Made by a program: the position numbers and the translations under genes. From positions 3,506,579 through 3,570,578 of the forward strand of contig CAWIVQ010000003.1 of NCBI GenBank assembly GCA_963839575.1: 64,000 bases of DNA, given 5' to 3'. The notes below the pieces were generated by a model that saw nothing but the letters and a program-made list of their open reading frames with translations, ran no database searches and had not been told where the DNA came from. The stretch comes from an uncultured Actinomycetes bacterium. GTDB lineage: Bacteria; Actinomycetota; Acidimicrobiia; IMCC26256; PALSA-610. Below are positions 61,577-64,000 of the stretch, in pieces (the stretch's first letter is position 1; every line of letters begins with the position of its first letter).

Positions 61577-62233
61577 ATGCTGATGGTGGGGTTGACGGGC
61601 GGGATCGGTGCGGGGAAGTCGACCGTCGCGGGGTTGCTCGCGGCGCGCGGCGCCGTCGTCATCGACGCCGACGCGATCGCGCGGGAGGTCGTGGAGCCGG
61701 GTACGCCGACGCTCACGAAGCTCGTGGAGCGGTTCGGCCCGGAGATTCTCCGGACCGACGGGTCACTCGACCGGCCGGCGCTCGCCGCGGTCGCGTTCGT
61801 CGACGACGCGACCCGCAAGGAGCTCGAAGCGATCACGCACCCCGCGATCGGCGAGGAATTCCTGCGGCGCGTCGCCGCGGCGGAGCCGGGCCAGGTGGTG
61901 GTCCACGATGTCCCGCTGCTGGTGGAGTCGAAGCGCGGCTTCGACTACGCGTGCGTGATCGTGGTGGAGGCCCCGATCGAGACGCGGCTCGACCGCCTCG
62001 AGGCGCGCGGGATTCCCCGTGACGATGCGCGCCGGCGCATCGAGCTGCAGGCGAGCGACGAGGAGCGCCGCAAAGTGGCCACCTGGGTGGTCGACAACGC
62101 CGGTGACCTCACCCACCTGCAGCGACAGATCGACGGTATCTGGACAGATTTGGAGCGGCGCGCCGCGGCGGCTCCCGTGCCGGATCCCGCGGCTGCGCCG
62201 GGACCGGATGCGTCGCCTGATTCGGCGACGTAA
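61577..62233 (+). CDS. coaE: dephospho-CoA kinase
   Basis: 218 aa. [32 protein letters not shown]. Confidence 0.88.
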   Translation: MLMVGLTGGIGAGKSTVAGLLAARGAVVIDADAIAREVVEPGTPTLTKLVERFGPEILRTDGSLDRPALAAVAFVDDATRKELEAITHPAIGEEFLRRVAAAEPGQVVVHDVPLLVESKRGFDYACVIVVEAPIETRLDRLEARGIPRDDARRRIELQASDEERRKVATWVVDNAGDLTHLQRQIDGIWTDLERRAAAAPVPDPAAAPGPDASPDSAT

Positions 62234-62262
62234 CCGTCTCACTCCACCAGTACGCTCGCCGG

Positions 62263-64000
62263 ATGCCGCTCTTCGAACTCGTCACCGATCTCGAGCCGGC
62301 CGGCGACCAGCCGGAAGCGATCGCGGCGCTCGGTCGGGGGCTCGAGAACGGCGACCGATTCCAGACGCTTCTCGGCATCACGGGCTCGGGGAAGAGCTTC
62401 ACGATCGCCAACGTGATCGCGAACGCGCAGCGGCCGACGCTCGTGCTCGCTCCGAACAAATCGCTGGCCGCGCAGCTCGCGGCCGAGTTCCGGGAGATGT
62501 TCCCGAAGAACCGCGTCGAGTATTTCGTCAGCTATTACGACTACTACCAACCCGAGGCGTACCTTCCCACCACAGACACGTACATCGAAAAGGACAGCTC
62601 GATCAACGACGAGATCGACCGTCTCCGCCACTCGGCCACGAGCGCGTTGCTGACCCGGCGAGACGTGATCATCGTGGCGTCGGTGTCGGCGATCTACGGC
62701 CTCGGCTCACCCGAGCAGTACGGCAAACAACTCCTGATGCTCGGCCCGGGCGACGAGCGTGATCAGCGCGACATCCTGCGCCGTTTGGTCGAGCTGCAAT
62801 ACGAGCGCAACGACTTCGGATTCACGCGCAACAAGTTCCGGGTGCGGGGTGACACGATCGAGGTGTTCCCCGCGTACGAGGAGCGGGCCGTTCGCATCCA
62901 GCTCTTCGGCGACGAGGTGGAGCGGATCTGCAGCGTCGATCCCTTGACCGGTGAGATCGTCGAGGAACTCGACGGGCTCGCGCTGTTCCCGGCGTCGCAC
63001 TACGTCACCGACGAGGAGCGCCTCGTTCAGGCGATCGAGGGGATCGAGGCCGAGCTCGCAGAACGCCTGGCCGAGCTCGAGGGCCAGAGCAAGCTGTTGG
63101 AGGCGCAACGGCTGCGCATGCGCACGAGCTACGACCTCGAGATGCTGCGCGAGGTCGGGAGCTGTTCGGGTGTCGAGAACTACTCGATGCATCTCGACGG
63201 TCGCCAGCGTCACCAACCGCCCTACACGCTGCTCGACTACTTCCCCGAAGACTGGCTGTGTGTCGTCGACGAGTCGCACGTTGCCATTCCGCAGTTGCAC
63301 GGCCAGTTCGAGGGCGACCGCTCGCGAAAGGACACGCTCGTCGACCACGGCTTCCGGTTGCCGTCGGCGATGGACAACCGGCCTCTGCGGTTCGAGGAAT
63401 TCACCGAGCGGGTGAACCAGGTCGTGTTCATGTCGGCCACCCCGAGCGCATACGAGCGGGAGACCTCCACGCAGATCGTCGAACAGGTCGTGCGCCCGAC
63501 CGGCCTGATCGATCCCGAGATCATCGTCAAGCCCACGAAAGGTCAGATCGACGACCTCGTCGCCGAGATCAATGCGCGTACCGAGGCCGATGCCCGCGTG
63601 CTCGTCACGACACTCACGAAGAAGATGTCGGAGGACCTCACCGACTATCTGCTCGAGCTCGGCATCCGGGTGCGGTACCTCCACTCCGAGATCGACACGC
63701 TCGAACGGATCGAGATCCTCCGGTCGCTGCGCCTCGGCGAGTTCGACGTCCTGGTCGGCATCAACCTGCTCCGGGAGGGCCTCGACCTCCCGGAAGTGTC
63801 GCTCGTCGCGATCCTCGATGCCGACAAGGAAGGGTTCCTGCGCTCGTCGACGTCGCTCATCCAGACGATCGGCCGGGCCGCGCGCAACGTCGACGGCCAG
63901 GTGATCATGTACGCCGATCAGATGACGGACTCGATGCGGCACGCGATCTCGGAGACGATGCGTCGGCGCCAAAAGCAGCTCGCCTACAACGAAGAGCACG
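62263..64000 (+). CDS. uvrB: excinuclease ABC subunit B (partial, runs off the right edge)
   Basis: Absent from the ORF track (no stop in the window). My translation from the ATG at 62263: [23 protein letters not shown]...[17 protein letters not shown]...[12 protein letters not shown]...DESHV..PQL...FMSATP...[15 protein letters not shown]...[53 protein letters not shown]...QTIGRAARN. Confidence 0.93.
   Translation, partial: MPLFELVTDLEPAGDQPEAIAALGRGLENGDRFQTLLGITGSGKSFTIANVIANAQRPTLVLAPNKSLAAQLAAEFREMFPKNRVEYFVSYYDYYQPEAYLPTTDTYIEKDSSINDEIDRLRHSATSALLTRRDVIIVASVSAIYGLGSPEQYGKQLLMLGPGDERDQRDILRRLVELQYERNDFGFTRNKFRVRGDTIEVFPAYEERAVRIQLFGDEVERICSVDPLTGEIVEELDGLALFPASHYVTDEERLVQAIEGIEAELAERLAELEGQSKLLEAQRLRMRTSYDLEMLREVGSCSGVENYSMHLDGRQRHQPPYTLLDYFPEDWLCVVDESHVAIPQLHGQFEGDRSRKDTLVDHGFRLPSAMDNRPLRFEEFTERVNQVVFMSATPSAYERETSTQIVEQVVRPTGLIDPEIIVKPTKGQIDDLVAEINARTEADARVLVTTLTKKMSEDLTDYLLELGIRVRYLHSEIDTLERIEILRSLRLGEFDVLVGINLLREGLDLPEVSLVAILDADKEGFLRSSTSLIQTIGRAARNVDGQVIMYADQMTDSMRHAISETMRRRQKQLAYNEEH

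Overview
High-GC (by eye about 70%) actinobacterial-type chromosomal segment, densely coded on both strands. I saw no rRNA, CRISPR array, transposase or integrase. All calls come from reading the supplied six-frame track plus my own translations; no searches were run, so family names are motif-level recognition only.

Gene content, left to right:
- Two-component pair: response regulator plus a sensor kinase that runs off the left edge.
- GH1 beta-glucosidase.
- trp operon trpC-trpB2-trpF-trpB-trpA.
- motA/motB stator pair, then icd.
- GNAT/NDP-forming acyl-CoA synthetase (PatA-like), then a HAMP histidine kinase.
- rmlA-rmlC-rmlB-rmlD operon on the minus strand.
- HIT-like protein, FGGY sugar kinase, PIG-L deacetylase.
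- DUF1800/DUF1501 pair, SMP-30 lactonase, MFS transporter, bcp.
- amt-glnK, then kdpFABC-kdpDE plus a KdpD-like stub.
- Complete FAS-II block on the minus strand (fabD, lysine-free BCCP-like ORF, fabH, fabG, acpP, fabF, accD6-like, fabI) with a divergent fabZ.
- tRNA-Leu(CAA), a large SARP/AfsR-type regulator, methyltransferase, EamA exporter.
- PdtaR-like ANTAR regulator, polA, a 1116-aa secreted multidomain protein, a second methyltransferase, rpsA, coaE and a partial uvrB.

uvrB and the left-edge kinase are absent from the ORF track because they have no stop inside the window.

Main observations:
1. At least 19 small frame breaks lie in accessory, transport and regulatory genes, including most of the kdp locus. 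The trp, rml and FAS-II blocks, polA, icd and amt are unbroken.
2. An uncharacterised repeat module of about 42 aa (GYW..SDGG.F.FGDA.F.GS) forms the C-terminus of both a DUF1501 protein and the 1116-aa secreted protein. Two repeat copies in the DUF1501 gene share an identical 83-nt stretch.
3. Three tandem 44-nt self-complementary repeats lie between rpsA and coaE.
4. The kdp leader is long and highly structured, with weak resemblance to the c-di-AMP (ydaO) riboswitch. It is followed by two ORFs below the track size cutoff.
5. A lysine-free biotinyl-domain-like ORF is translationally coupled inside the fab operon.

I did not find a clear-cut novel multi-gene system; the DUF1800/DUF1501/repeat-domain proteins are the best candidate.
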